Below, piece after piece: positions 31,033-40,553 of a stretch of DNA of 64,000 nt (the first letter of the stretch is position 1; each line of letters opens with the position of its first letter). The stretch comes from an uncultured bacterium (GTDB lineage: Bacteria; Desulfobacterota_D; UBA1144; Nemesobacterales; UBA2774), in contig CAWGRW010000009.1 in assembly GCA_963825135.1 (NCBI GenBank), positions 1,952,001 to 2,016,000 of the forward strand, read 5' to 3'. A model generated the notes under the pieces. It was not told where the DNA came from and searched no databases. It saw only the letters and a list, made by a program, of their open reading frames with translations. The position numbers and the translations under genes were made by a program.

Positions 31033-31102
31033 CTGGTTGCAAAGGCGGTCCCGGAATTCGTTAACCCCGATACGGAGCGCGATGCCGGCGGCTCCGGCCC
31101 TT

Positions 31103-31131
31103 TTGACTCGTAATCTTCTCTTATGTAAACT
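31103..31131 (+). promoter_or_regulatory. Putative sigma70 promoter of mutL (TTGACT-17-TAAACT)
   Basis: Near-consensus, 17-nt spacer, ends 12 nt before the ATG. Confidence 0.6.
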
Positions 31132-31143
31132 GGCAGCTACCAG

Positions 31144-32934
31144 ATGGGTAAGATAAGGATTCTATCCGATAATCTTGTCTCCAAGATAGCGGCCGGGGAG
31201 ATAGTGGAAAGGCCCGCTTCCGTTGTAAAAGAATTAGTCGAAAACTCCATAGACGCCGGAAGCACGAGGCTCACGATCGAGCTCGAGTCGGGAGGAAAGC
31301 GGCTCATCAGGGTATCCGATGACGGCGAAGGGATGACGAGAGACGATTCGATTCTATCGCTCGAGCGTTACGCGACCAGCAAAATCAGGGAGATAAAGGA
31401 CCTCTTCTCCGTAAGCACGCTCGGTTTCAGGGGGGAAGCGATTCCGAGTATAGCGAGCGTCTCCAGATTCAAAATGACTACGAGGACTCACGCGGAGGTC
31501 ATCGGCACGGTAATCGTTGTCGAGGGCGGGGTGATAAGGAGCGTCGAGGAGACAGGGGCCCCTCCGGGCACGACCGTCGAAGTCAGGAACCTTTTTTACA
31601 ACACGCCGCCCCGCCTCAAATTCATGAAAAAAACGGAGACCGAGCTTTCAAACGTCCTCGATATCGTCGAGAGAGAATCCGTTTCCAGACCCGGAATCGG
31701 GTTTGAGCTCATTAGCGAGGGCAGGACCCTCCTCCGGCTCCCCGCGAGGGAAACGGTCCCGGAAAGGATATCGGAGATATATCCCGGGATCGATCTCTAT
31801 CCCGTGGAAGCCAAAGGCCAGGGTATTCGCATATCGGGCTTCATGGGGAGCCCCCTCGATACCAGGTCCACAACTCAGAAGCTTTTTACATATGTGAACG
31901 GGAGGAGCGTAAGGGACAGGCTGCTTACCCGCATCCTTATGGATTCCTACGGCAGGATGCTCGAAAAAGGCAAGTTTCCGCAGGGCGTGCTGTTAATCGA
32001 GATTTCGGCCGGGGACGTGGACGTGAACGTTCATCCTACAAAAAATGAAGTAAGGTTCGAAAACGCGAGGCTCGTAGGCGATCTGATCAGGCAATCCATA
32101 ACCGCGATGCTTGAAAAAGCCCCGTGGTTAAAGGGGATCGGAGAGAGGTCCGAAATTTTTACGGGCCGCTTCGCGCGCTTAAGCGAGAGCGCGGGCGTCT
32201 ACGGCCTCGGCTATCACGATATCGAAAATCCCGGCCTTCGAAACAGCCCGGAGTTTCAGGGTGCCGTGCAAAATGTTCACGGGAGCGCCGCAACGGGTAT
32301 AATCCCTGAGCCGCGCCTGGAGCCGGGGGGGTTATTCGGCGAAGCCGGTTTTTATTCCCGCCTGAGCGTGCTCGGTCAGCTCGGCGACTTGTATATAATA
32401 TGCGCTTCTTCCGGGGGCATGATACTCGTAGACCAGCACGCGGCCCATGAAAGGGTAAACTATGAAAAACTGATAAAGGCGTATACCCGGGACGGAGCGC
32501 TCCAGACCCAGGACCTCCTCGTACCCGAGGTCCTCGAGCTCTCTCCCCATGAATCGGATATCCTCACCAGGCACAGCGGAGACCTCGAGCGCATAGGGCT
32601 CGGTGTCGAGAGTTTCGGCGATAATACATTTATAATAAGGAGAGTCCCGGCGCTACTCAAAAATACGGACCTCAAGCGTCTCGTTACGGACATAGTATCC
32701 GAGATAAAGGAATCGGGAACGGAGAAGAGCCTGACCGAAGAAATCGAGAAAATTATTTCGACGATGGCATGCCATTCTTCGATCAGGGCTAATTACGAGC
32801 TCAATCACGACAAGATGAAGGCGCTCCTGGCCGAGCTCGACCTCGCGGAGTTCCCTCACTCGTGCCCCCACGGGAGACCTGTTGCGAGGGAGCTTTCTTA
32901 TATGGATATAGAGAAAATGTTCAAAAGGACATAA
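31144..32934 (+). CDS. mutL: DNA mismatch repair endonuclease MutL
   Basis: KIAAGE, GFRGEA, DVNVHP.K.EV, endonuclease motif DQHAAHERVNYE, CPHGRP. Confidence 0.97.
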   Translation: MGKIRILSDNLVSKIAAGEIVERPASVVKELVENSIDAGSTRLTIELESGGKRLIRVSDDGEGMTRDDSILSLERYATSKIREIKDLFSVSTLGFRGEAIPSIASVSRFKMTTRTHAEVIGTVIVVEGGVIRSVEETGAPPGTTVEVRNLFYNTPPRLKFMKKTETELSNVLDIVERESVSRPGIGFELISEGRTLLRLPARETVPERISEIYPGIDLYPVEAKGQGIRISGFMGSPLDTRSTTQKLFTYVNGRSVRDRLLTRILMDSYGRMLEKGKFPQGVLLIEISAGDVDVNVHPTKNEVRFENARLVGDLIRQSITAMLEKAPWLKGIGERSEIFTGRFARLSESAGVYGLGYHDIENPGLRNSPEFQGAVQNVHGSAATGIIPEPRLEPGGLFGEAGFYSRLSVLGQLGDLYIICASSGGMILVDQHAAHERVNYEKLIKAYTRDGALQTQDLLVPEVLELSPHESDILTRHSGDLERIGLGVESFGDNTFIIRRVPALLKNTDLKRLVTDIVSEIKESGTEKSLTEEIEKIISTMACHSSIRANYELNHDKMKALLAELDLAEFPHSCPHGRPVARELSYMDIEKMFKRT

Positions 32935-32937
32935 GAC

Positions 32938-33549
32938 ATGAAGGAACAGATAATTCTGAGACTGAGGGAGAGCGCCGATATCAAGCTGCGTTTCGCCAAG
33001 GAATCGGTCGCGGAGGTGGAAGAAGCCGCTTCGACCATACTCAAGTCCCTTAAATCGGGCGGGAAGATACTCATATTCGGCAACGGCGGCAGCGCAGCCG
33101 ATTCCCAGCATATCGCGGCGGAGTTCGTAAACAGGTACTCGAGAGAAAGGAAAGCGCTCTCGGCACTGGCGCTGACGACCGACACCTCCATTCTCACGTC
33201 GATACCCAACGACGGCTCCTTTGACGATGTGTTCTCGCGTCAGATAGAGGCGCTCGGGAGTAAAGGGGATGTGGCTTGGGGCATAACCACGAGCGGGAAG
33301 TCGGAGAATGTGCTCAAAGCGTTAAAAACAGCAAAGGCCATGGGACTCAAGACCATAGCCTTCACCGGGCAGGACAAGAACAAGGTCGAGAAGACCGTCG
33401 ATTGCTGTGTGAGCGTCCCCTCCAGATCCACTCCGAGGGTCCAGGAGCTCCACATAACGCTTGCGCATATAGTATGCGAGCTGGTGGAGGAATCGCTTGC
33501 CGTGAGGAAGGAGCAGTCCAGGAAAGAGGCGCCGAAGACCGAACCCTGA
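32938..33549 (+). CDS. gmhA: Phosphoheptose isomerase
   Basis: GNGGSAADSQHIAAE, FSRQIEALG, TSGKSENV, RVQELH. Confidence 0.93.
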   Translation: MKEQIILRLRESADIKLRFAKESVAEVEEAASTILKSLKSGGKILIFGNGGSAADSQHIAAEFVNRYSRERKALSALALTTDTSILTSIPNDGSFDDVFSRQIEALGSKGDVAWGITTSGKSENVLKALKTAKAMGLKTIAFTGQDKNKVEKTVDCCVSVPSRSTPRVQELHITLAHIVCELVEESLAVRKEQSRKEAPKTEP

Positions 33550-33615
33550 GGCGTTGAGATCATTGTGATTTTCGTTCTCATCCGTTAATTTTATAATTTA
33601 TAGGAAATAATTTCT

Positions 33616-33813
33616 TTGCCCGTGTATATCAAATGTCCTGAGTGCGGAAAGCCTGCTCCCTGGGAGGAGAACAAGTGGAGGCCTTTTTGCTCCGAGAGGT
33701 GCAAGATGCTGGACTTGGGGGCCTGGGCCTCGGAAGAATACAGGATTCCGGGGGCTCCGGATGAAGATTCCGTCTCCGACGGATATCGGCGTGACGAAGA
33801 AGATAATGAATAA
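33616..33813 (+). CDS. yacG: DNA gyrase inhibitor YacG
   Basis: CPECGK...[20 protein letters not shown]. Confidence 0.92.
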   Translation: MPVYIKCPECGKPAPWEENKWRPFCSERCKMLDLGAWASEEYRIPGAPDEDSVSDGYRRDEEDNE

Positions 33814-33851
33814 CGCGCTTTATGTGAAAGCCGCAAAATAAACCGGGAGGT

Positions 33852-34433
33852 ATGAGTTATATGGGAGTAGTCGAGACCAATCAGTTTCATAAGGGGTTAA
33901 AGATAGAATACGACGGCGAGATATGGGAGATAATCGAATACAAGCACTCCAAGATGGCGCAGAGGAGCGCCGTTATGAAGACCAAGCTCAGAAATGTCGT
34001 GACCGGAGCCGTGCAGGAAAAGAACTTCAGGTCCGGGGATTCCTTCAGGGTTCCCGATACGGAGAGGAAGAAGATGCAACTCCTTTACAAAGACGAGGCC
34101 GGTTATAATTTTATGGACCTCGAGACTTACGAGCAGCATGCGCTCACGCCCGCCCAGGTAGGCGAGGTCGCGAGCTTTATCAAGGAACAGCAGGAAGTGA
34201 ACGTCCTATACTTCAACGGCGAGCCCATGGGGGTCGAGCTGCCGACCGCGGTCGAGCTCGAGATAAAGGACACGGAGCCCGGCATGAGGGGCGATACCGT
34301 TACCGGGGCCAACAAGCCCGCCGTGCTCGAGACAGGAGCGACGATCCAGGTTCCGTTGTTTATAGACGTCGGGGACATTATCAAGGTCGATACCCGGACA
34401 GGGGCGTATCTGGAGAGGGTAAAAAAGAAATAG
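33852..34433 (+). CDS. efp: Elongation factor P
   Basis: GLKIEYDG, FMDLETYEQ, TEPGMRGDT, KPAVLETG, VPLFI, KVDTRTGAYLERV. Confidence 0.95.
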   Translation: MSYMGVVETNQFHKGLKIEYDGEIWEIIEYKHSKMAQRSAVMKTKLRNVVTGAVQEKNFRSGDSFRVPDTERKKMQLLYKDEAGYNFMDLETYEQHALTPAQVGEVASFIKEQQEVNVLYFNGEPMGVELPTAVELEIKDTEPGMRGDTVTGANKPAVLETGATIQVPLFIDVGDIIKVDTRTGAYLERVKKK

Positions 34434-34696
34434 TCTCGGCATATTATCTGCGCGAGCCGGACTACCCCGAATTCGTCATTGCGCCTGGAACCTGATATCG
34501 GCAATGGGACGTGCTTCCGCCTGTCGGGAGGCCGGTCATATGTCCACGCATAAAGTAATTGATATATTGATAATTACAAAACTGCGATCCCGGCTCGAGG
34601 CGGCTTAAAATCCCCGGAGACATCTTTAACGTGGCAAATTTTGCAACCTTTTTAGGTTCCTAAGGTTAATAACTATAAAGCTGATATGGCATACAA

Positions 34697-35269
34697 ATGC
34701 TTAGTGACATAGAGCTTATGCTGAAGGCAAGGGCTGGGGACGATGGTGCGTTCAGTGAACTGATGAGGAGGCATTACAGGGGGGTCGTGAATTACATATA
34801 CAGATATACGAATCTGAGGGAGAGTTCTGAAGACCTTGCGCAGGAGGTATTCTTGAGAATTTACAGGTCCCGGAAAAATTATAAGCCCGAAGCCAAGTTC
34901 TCGACCTGGCTGTATAAAATAGCGACGAACGTCAGCCTAACCCACGTCACGAAAAAAAATACCGGCTTGAGCCTCGATGAATTGAACGACGAGGGCCGCG
35001 AATACGGAGACCGGGATATTGATATTGCCGACGATATAATTTATAGAAAGGAAATAACGGAAGTAATATTTCACGCTATGGAGTCTTTGCCCGAAAGGGA
35101 GAAAGTTGCTATCATGCTCTGTAAATACGAGGGACTGTCCTACGAAGAGGTGAGTGAAGTTCTCGAGTGCACGGTGGGAGCCGTCAAAGCCTACGTTCAC
35201 AGGGGCAGGATGAAGTTAATCGACAAGCTGAAACCGTACTTATCGGGAGGAGGGGAGTATGGAATGTAG
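34697..35269 (+). CDS. ECF sigma-70 factor
   Basis: EDLAQEVFLR, FSTWLYKIATN, LSYEEV...GAVKAYVHRGR. Confidence 0.93.
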   Translation: MLSDIELMLKARAGDDGAFSELMRRHYRGVVNYIYRYTNLRESSEDLAQEVFLRIYRSRKNYKPEAKFSTWLYKIATNVSLTHVTKKNTGLSLDELNDEGREYGDRDIDIADDIIYRKEITEVIFHAMESLPEREKVAIMLCKYEGLSYEEVSEVLECTVGAVKAYVHRGRMKLIDKLKPYLSGGGEYGM

Positions 35270-35765
35270 TGAGTGCAGGGATCTCGTCATCGGCTATTCC
35301 TCGGGTGATTTGCCGGCATCCCGGAGAGAGTTGTTCGAAGTGCATGTAAGATCATGCGAAGATTGCGGTTTATACGTCTCACAGTACGACGGGGTATGGA
35401 AATTGCTGGACGAGTGGCGCGAGGTCGAGCCGAGAAGCGATTTCGTCTCCAATTTCTGGGTACGTGTATCAAAAGAGGAGAAAGAGCTCAACTGGGGATT
35501 CCTGCCGGGTCTGAGAAAACTGGGAAGCTGGTCATTGGCAGGGGTACTGGCGTCTGTGCTCATCGTCGGGATGTTTACTTTCCTATTGTTCAGGTCAGGC
35601 TCGGGATTGGACAGCTATGTGGAAAATGACGCCCGGGACGAAATTATACTCCACGATCTGGACAACGCCACTACCAGAGATACCTCCGATGCGCTTTCGA
35701 TCTACGGCCCCTGGGAAAACAACTTCGAAATCATGAAAATTAACGGATACGGAGATACGAATTGA
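35259..35765 (+). CDS. Zinc-binding (ZAS) membrane anti-sigma factor
   Basis: HVRSCEDC (HxxxCxxC), one TM helix, overlaps the ECF stop. Confidence 0.85.
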   Translation: MECSECRDLVIGYSSGDLPASRRELFEVHVRSCEDCGLYVSQYDGVWKLLDEWREVEPRSDFVSNFWVRVSKEEKELNWGFLPGLRKLGSWSLAGVLASVLIVGMFTFLLFRSGSGLDSYVENDARDEIILHDLDNATTRDTSDALSIYGPWENNFEIMKINGYGDTN

Positions 35766-36178
35766 GGGTATCGCTCGTATTTGCAGTCGTTTTGTGTTTC
35801 CTCTCTGTCAATGCGTTTGGTTTTCTGAGCAGTGAGATCCACTATAAATGGTGGAAGAATAAACATATCAAAGAGGAGATGCAGCTCACTGACAAGCAGG
35901 TCGAAGACATCGAGAATATCTTCGCGTCTTACAGAGAAAAAATATTGCTGTTCCAGCGGGAGCTCAATGAGGAAGAAAACGATCTCCTCGATGTTCTCAG
36001 AAAACCGGAATGCTCGAGGGATGAGGTGATGGAGATAACCGACCATATAGAGGACATGAAGGCGACCCTCACACGCATCAAAATCGAGATGTATCTCAAA
36101 ATTAAAAACGTACTCACTCCGGAGCAGGAACAGACGCTTCATGACATCAAGGAAAGGTACAGGGGGAGGCTGCAGTGA
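35762..36178 (+). CDS. Spy/CpxP-family periplasmic protein
   Basis: Signal peptide; LTDKQ and LTPEQ (LTxxQ) motifs. Confidence 0.82.
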   Translation: MRVSLVFAVVLCFLSVNAFGFLSSEIHYKWWKNKHIKEEMQLTDKQVEDIENIFASYREKILLFQRELNEEENDLLDVLRKPECSRDEVMEITDHIEDMKATLTRIKIEMYLKIKNVLTPEQEQTLHDIKERYRGRLQ

Positions 36179-36348
36179 GGAGCCGGGGCGGGCCCGGCAG
36201 GATAGTCTGGACTTCTGTTTTTTTGACTCTTTATCGTTTCCCTCCGCTTTAAAACAGCAATAAAATATTCACGAGCAGCTGAAGGGTGTAGAATTTAACC
36301 GGGGTATGAATCCCGGACGGGATTCAATATTATGTCTCGAGTTCCGAC

Positions 36349-38409
36349 ATGAGAGTTTCCAATGCGCTCACCCTTTTTACGCACCTCATCGCTCTTACGG
36401 GCTTCCTCGCTATTTCCCTAACGGGAGCCGTGGGCGTCCCGGCAATATCCATATTCACCATTTCACTGATACTGAGCTTCATAAACGACAGGTACGGGAG
36501 GGGATATTATCTCGGTCACGGAGTCTCGACTCTGCTCGCTCTCCTTCTGGCGGTCTATCTCGCACTCGGCGTTTTCCTGCTCAGGCTCGAGCTCTTTCAA
36601 AGCATCCTGGACTTCTTAATTTTTGTACAGGTCATTAAGCTCCTCGGCAAAAAGAGCATGCGCGACACCATTCAAATTTATGCCCTAAGTTTTTTTCAGT
36701 TTCTGGCCGGCACGATAATTACGGTCAATTTTTCTTATTCGCTGGCTTTCGTTATCTATATCGCCGTGGCCGTCTGGGCGATAATTGTTTTTGAAATGAG
36801 AAAAGGGGCTATCGATGCCGGGAACCGCGGGAATGAAGAGCCCGCGCTCGTCACGCCCCGCTTTCTGAGCGCGGCATTCATTCTCAGCTTTTGTATTCTG
36901 CTCGCTGCCGTGCTGATATTCGTATCCGTCCCGAGGTTAAGGGGGAGTTATTTCAGCTCCGGGTTCCTCAGGACGGGAGAGCTGAAGAGCGGCTTCTCGG
37001 AGGAGGTCAAGCTAGGCAGGGTCGGGGAGATAAAGCTCGACGGCTCGCCCGTGATGATGGTCAGAATTCTCGACCGGGGCGTAGAGGAAATCCCTTATCC
37101 GGTTTACTGGAGGGGCGTGTCGCTCGATAAGTTCGACGGGGAGACCTGGCGGGCAGGGTCGGTCGGTCACAAAATATACGCGCCCGATCCGGCCGGCCGG
37201 ATCACAGTGAGCGAGGCCGGGGCCGGGGGCCACGTTCTCAAGCAGGAAGTCATAACCGAGCCCCTCGACACAGACGTCCTCTTTTCGGCGAACGTCCCTA
37301 TCGGTTTCAGTTCGGTTCCGGGGGGCAGGGTGTCCGGAACCAACGATTCCTATAGTCTCCACGGCAGTGCTTCAAATAGAATCAAATACTACGCGGTGTC
37401 CGACATTCTCGCGCCTTCGCCGGAGGAGTTGAGGAAAGACGGCTCCCCATATCCGCATGACATGGAAGCTTATCTGCAGCTCCCGCCCCTGGGGGAGCGC
37501 GTAAGGGACCTCGCGCTTCAAATCACGTCCTCGGACAAGAGCGCCTACGATAAGGCCGTATCCATAAAACGCTACCTGCTTACGAATTACGGATATACGA
37601 GGACGCTCGCAAGCGGCTCCGCGGACTATCCTCTTGAGGAGTTCCTCTTTACCAAAAAAGAGGGTCACTGCGAGTATTTCGCGACCGCCATGGCGGTACT
37701 CCTGAGAGAGGCCGGAATTCCTTCGAGGATAGTAAACGGATTCATCGGGGGGGACGTCAATAAGCTCGGAAATTTTTTCCTGATCCGCGAGAGCGACGCC
37801 CACTCGTGGGTCGAGGTCTTTTTCCCGGGGCATGGGTGGGTCTCTTTCGATCCGACCCCGGAAAGCGGCGGCGGAGCGAGTCCCGCGCTCGTTCCCTTCG
37901 TAGCCTCCTACCTCGATTATCTCAGGTTCAGGTGGAACAGGTACGTAATCGATTTCAGCGGGCGGGATCAGGAGAGACTCCTGGGCTCGGTACGCGATAC
38001 CTGGACATGGAACACCAGGACTATCATCCGGGGCGCGGGGTTTAAATCATTGCTCGACAAGAGGGCGGCCGCCCTTATTGCGGTTCTGGTCATCGCCGCG
38101 GGAGCCCTCGCGGCCGGTCCGGGCATTAGGTCTTTCAGGCGCTCTAGGAGCGGGGGCCCGGCGGAGAGGTCCTCCGCGTTATATAACGACGCGCTCAGGT
38201 TCCTCTCGAAGAGGGGATACCCGAAGCCTGAATTTATGACGGCCGGGGAATTCTCGGACGTGCTCGCCAGGGGCTCGTATCCGGGCTCGTCGGCGATGGA
38301 GAGTTTAACCGGCAAATATCTCCAAACGAGGTTCGGGGGCTCAGGCGGCGAAAAGGATTTGAAGGTTCTGGCAGAATTGTTAAAGGATCTCAAGAGAATC
38401 AAAGCCTGA
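36349..38409 (+). CDS. Membrane transglutaminase-like protein (TgpA/DUF3488 type)
   Basis: Multi-TM N-terminus; GHCEYFATAM, DAHSWVEV, FDPTP catalytic triad motifs. Confidence 0.9.
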   Translation: MRVSNALTLFTHLIALTGFLAISLTGAVGVPAISIFTISLILSFINDRYGRGYYLGHGVSTLLALLLAVYLALGVFLLRLELFQSILDFLIFVQVIKLLGKKSMRDTIQIYALSFFQFLAGTIITVNFSYSLAFVIYIAVAVWAIIVFEMRKGAIDAGNRGNEEPALVTPRFLSAAFILSFCILLAAVLIFVSVPRLRGSYFSSGFLRTGELKSGFSEEVKLGRVGEIKLDGSPVMMVRILDRGVEEIPYPVYWRGVSLDKFDGETWRAGSVGHKIYAPDPAGRITVSEAGAGGHVLKQEVITEPLDTDVLFSANVPIGFSSVPGGRVSGTNDSYSLHGSASNRIKYYAVSDILAPSPEELRKDGSPYPHDMEAYLQLPPLGERVRDLALQITSSDKSAYDKAVSIKRYLLTNYGYTRTLASGSADYPLEEFLFTKKEGHCEYFATAMAVLLREAGIPSRIVNGFIGGDVNKLGNFFLIRESDAHSWVEVFFPGHGWVSFDPTPESGGGASPALVPFVASYLDYLRFRWNRYVIDFSGRDQERLLGSVRDTWTWNTRTIIRGAGFKSLLDKRAAALIAVLVIAAGALAAGPGIRSFRRSRSGGPAERSSALYNDALRFLSKRGYPKPEFMTAGEFSDVLARGSYPGSSAMESLTGKYLQTRFGGSGGEKDLKVLAELLKDLKRIKA

Positions 38410-38460
38410 GACCGGGCCTTCGGGATGCCGTCCCCCGGCGCTCCGGACCGCCCTCCGTTC

Positions 38461-38489
38461 TTGCTCAATCATGTCTATTAGGGTAAAAT
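38461..38489 (+). promoter_or_regulatory. Putative rimP operon promoter (TTGCTC-17-TAAAAT)
   Basis: 17-nt spacing, directly upstream of the leader hairpin. Confidence 0.6.
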
Positions 38490-38497
38490 CATAAGAC

Positions 38498-38522
38498 AAA
38501 AGCGGGTACGACCCGCTTTTTT
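38498..38522 (+). terminator. rimP-leader terminator/attenuator hairpin
   Basis: AAAAGCGGGT-ACG-ACCCGCTTTT-TT between promoter and rimP; matches the known GGG/CCC rimP leader type. Confidence 0.75.
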
Positions 38523-38542
38523 AATTGAGAGAGCAGGGCGCG

Positions 38543-39010
38543 ATGGATTCACGGGAAAACGATATTTTGTTTAGTGTCAGGGAGTTATTAGACCCCCTCC
38601 TTGCCCGAAAGAATCTCGAGCTCTTCGATATTGAGTTTAAGGGACGCGGCAAAAACGGCGTGCTCAGGGTCTTTATAGACAGGGAAGAAGGTGTAACTAT
38701 AGATGACTGCGCCACTATAAGCAGAGAACTCGGGACTCTTCTCGATATACACGACATGATTCCCGGCTCCTATACGCTCGAGGTGTCTTCGCCCGGACTG
38801 ACGAGGGCGCTTAAGAAACCCGAGGATTTTATTAGATTTAAGGGGAAAAAAGTGAAAATTAAAACAAATAAGGATTTTGAAAAGAGGAAATTGTTTATAG
38901 GCACACTCCTCGAATTCAAGGATGGTCTTGTAACTGTTGAGACGGAAGGGGGCAATTTCTCCGTACCATACGTTGATATAGAAAAGGCCAACTTGGAGCT
39001 GGATTTCTAG
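38543..39010 (+). CDS. rimP: Ribosome maturation factor RimP
   Basis: LRVFID..GVTIDDC, YTLEVSSPG, IEKANL. Confidence 0.96.
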   Translation: MDSRENDILFSVRELLDPLLARKNLELFDIEFKGRGKNGVLRVFIDREEGVTIDDCATISRELGTLLDIHDMIPGSYTLEVSSPGLTRALKKPEDFIRFKGKKVKIKTNKDFEKRKLFIGTLLEFKDGLVTVETEGGNFSVPYVDIEKANLELDF

Positions 39011-39023
39011 GGAGCAAATATAA

Positions 39024-40349
39024 ATGGCGACAATGACGGAATTAAGCCGTGTAATGGATTCGGTATGCAAGGATAAAGGCATAGAGAAGGGTGAGATTGT
39101 CAGCGCCGTGGAAGAAGCTGTGCTCTCCGCCGCCCAGAAGCTTTTCCGCATGCAGGATATGGAAAAAGAGCTGGAGGTGCATTTTAACGAGAGCGACGGG
39201 GACGTGGAGCTGTTCGAGTTCAAAACAGTTGTCGATGACATAGCCGACCCGGACATGGAAATCTCGGTCGAGGAAGCCGTCAAACTCGATCCGGAGGCGG
39301 AGCTCGGCGACCAGATCGGGGTGAAGATTAATCCCGAGTTCACAAGAATAGCCATCCAGAACGCAAAGCAGAAAATACTCCAGAGCATAAAAGAGGCGGA
39401 GGGGAAAGTAATTTATGAGGAATTTAAAAACAGGAAAGGCGAGCTCATAAGCGGCATTGTCAGGCGCGTGGAAAGGAAGAATATTATCGTTGACCTCGGC
39501 AGGACAGAGGCCATACTTCCCCCCGAGCAGCAGGTTCCGAGAGAGTATTACAAGCCCAAAGAGAGGCTCAGGGCCATACTTTTTGATATCAAGGAGACCA
39601 AACGCGGACCGCAGCTGATATTGTCGCGTTCGCACCGCGATTTCGTGAGGAAGCTCTTCGAGTCCGAAGTCCCCGAGATAGGAGACCAGATAGTAATAAT
39701 CAAGGCGATTGCCAGGGATCCGGGAGGCCGTACGAAGATAGCCGTTACGTCCAACGATCCCGACGTCGACCCCGTGGGCGCATGCGTGGGAATGAGGGGA
39801 GCAAGGGTTCAGAACGTGATACAGGAGCTCAAGGGCGAGAAAATAGACATCGTCCCATGGTCGTCCGATCAGGCGCGGTTCGCCTGCAACGCGCTTTCTC
39901 CGGCGAGGGTCAGCAAGGTGATAATAGACGACGACAATCGATCGATGGAAATAATCGTAAACGACGACCAGCTCTCGCTCGCGATCGGGAGGAGGGGCCA
40001 GAACGTGAGACTCGCTTCCCAGCTTGCCGATTGGAAGATCGATATTAAGACGGAGTCCCAGGTAAAGCGTGAACAGCAGGATGTGGTAAATCTCCTCATG
40101 ACACTCCCGAACGTGAAAGAAGTGACAGCCAACCTTTTATACGGGGAAGGGTTCCATAAACTCGAGGACATCGCGTTCTCGGATCCCGAGGCGCTCATAA
40201 AGTCGGCCGGTTTGAAGAGCGAGGAAGACGCCCTCAAGCTCCAGACGGCTGCGAGAATTGCGTTAAAAGACAAATTGGAGCAGATGTCGTTTACTGAGAG
40301 TGAAGCTCCCCAGGCCGAAAACGAGAGCGTTACGGAGCAGGAACAATAG
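39024..40349 (+). CDS. nusA: Transcription factor NusA
   Basis: ARDPGGRTKIAV, DPVGACVGMRGARV, LAIGRRGQNVRLA. Confidence 0.98.
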   Translation: MATMTELSRVMDSVCKDKGIEKGEIVSAVEEAVLSAAQKLFRMQDMEKELEVHFNESDGDVELFEFKTVVDDIADPDMEISVEEAVKLDPEAELGDQIGVKINPEFTRIAIQNAKQKILQSIKEAEGKVIYEEFKNRKGELISGIVRRVERKNIIVDLGRTEAILPPEQQVPREYYKPKERLRAILFDIKETKRGPQLILSRSHRDFVRKLFESEVPEIGDQIVIIKAIARDPGGRTKIAVTSNDPDVDPVGACVGMRGARVQNVIQELKGEKIDIVPWSSDQARFACNALSPARVSKVIIDDDNRSMEIIVNDDQLSLAIGRRGQNVRLASQLADWKIDIKTESQVKREQQDVVNLLMTLPNVKEVTANLLYGEGFHKLEDIAFSDPEALIKSAGLKSEEDALKLQTAARIALKDKLEQMSFTESEAPQAENESVTEQEQ

Positions 40350-40553
40350 GCTGCCGTTTCTTCCGTTCAGCCGATACGGCCCTGAGGACCGGGGAAATAA
40401 TACCGAGAGGCCGGGTCACAGCATTTTTCATCTGTTGCGCTTTCGAAATAGTCTCTGTTTTGCATTAATGGGTAAACTTTGGTACCCTTGTTTAGATAAC
40501 TTAAGTTTTTTAATTTATTGTAAATAAGTTGTTTTGCACAGGATGCGTTCAAT

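Noticed and set aside
40350..40553. ylxR remnant or ncRNA between nusA and infB
   Set aside because: No RTC/GRG motif seen; only a CGGCC/GGCCG hairpin and AT-rich promoter-like DNA.
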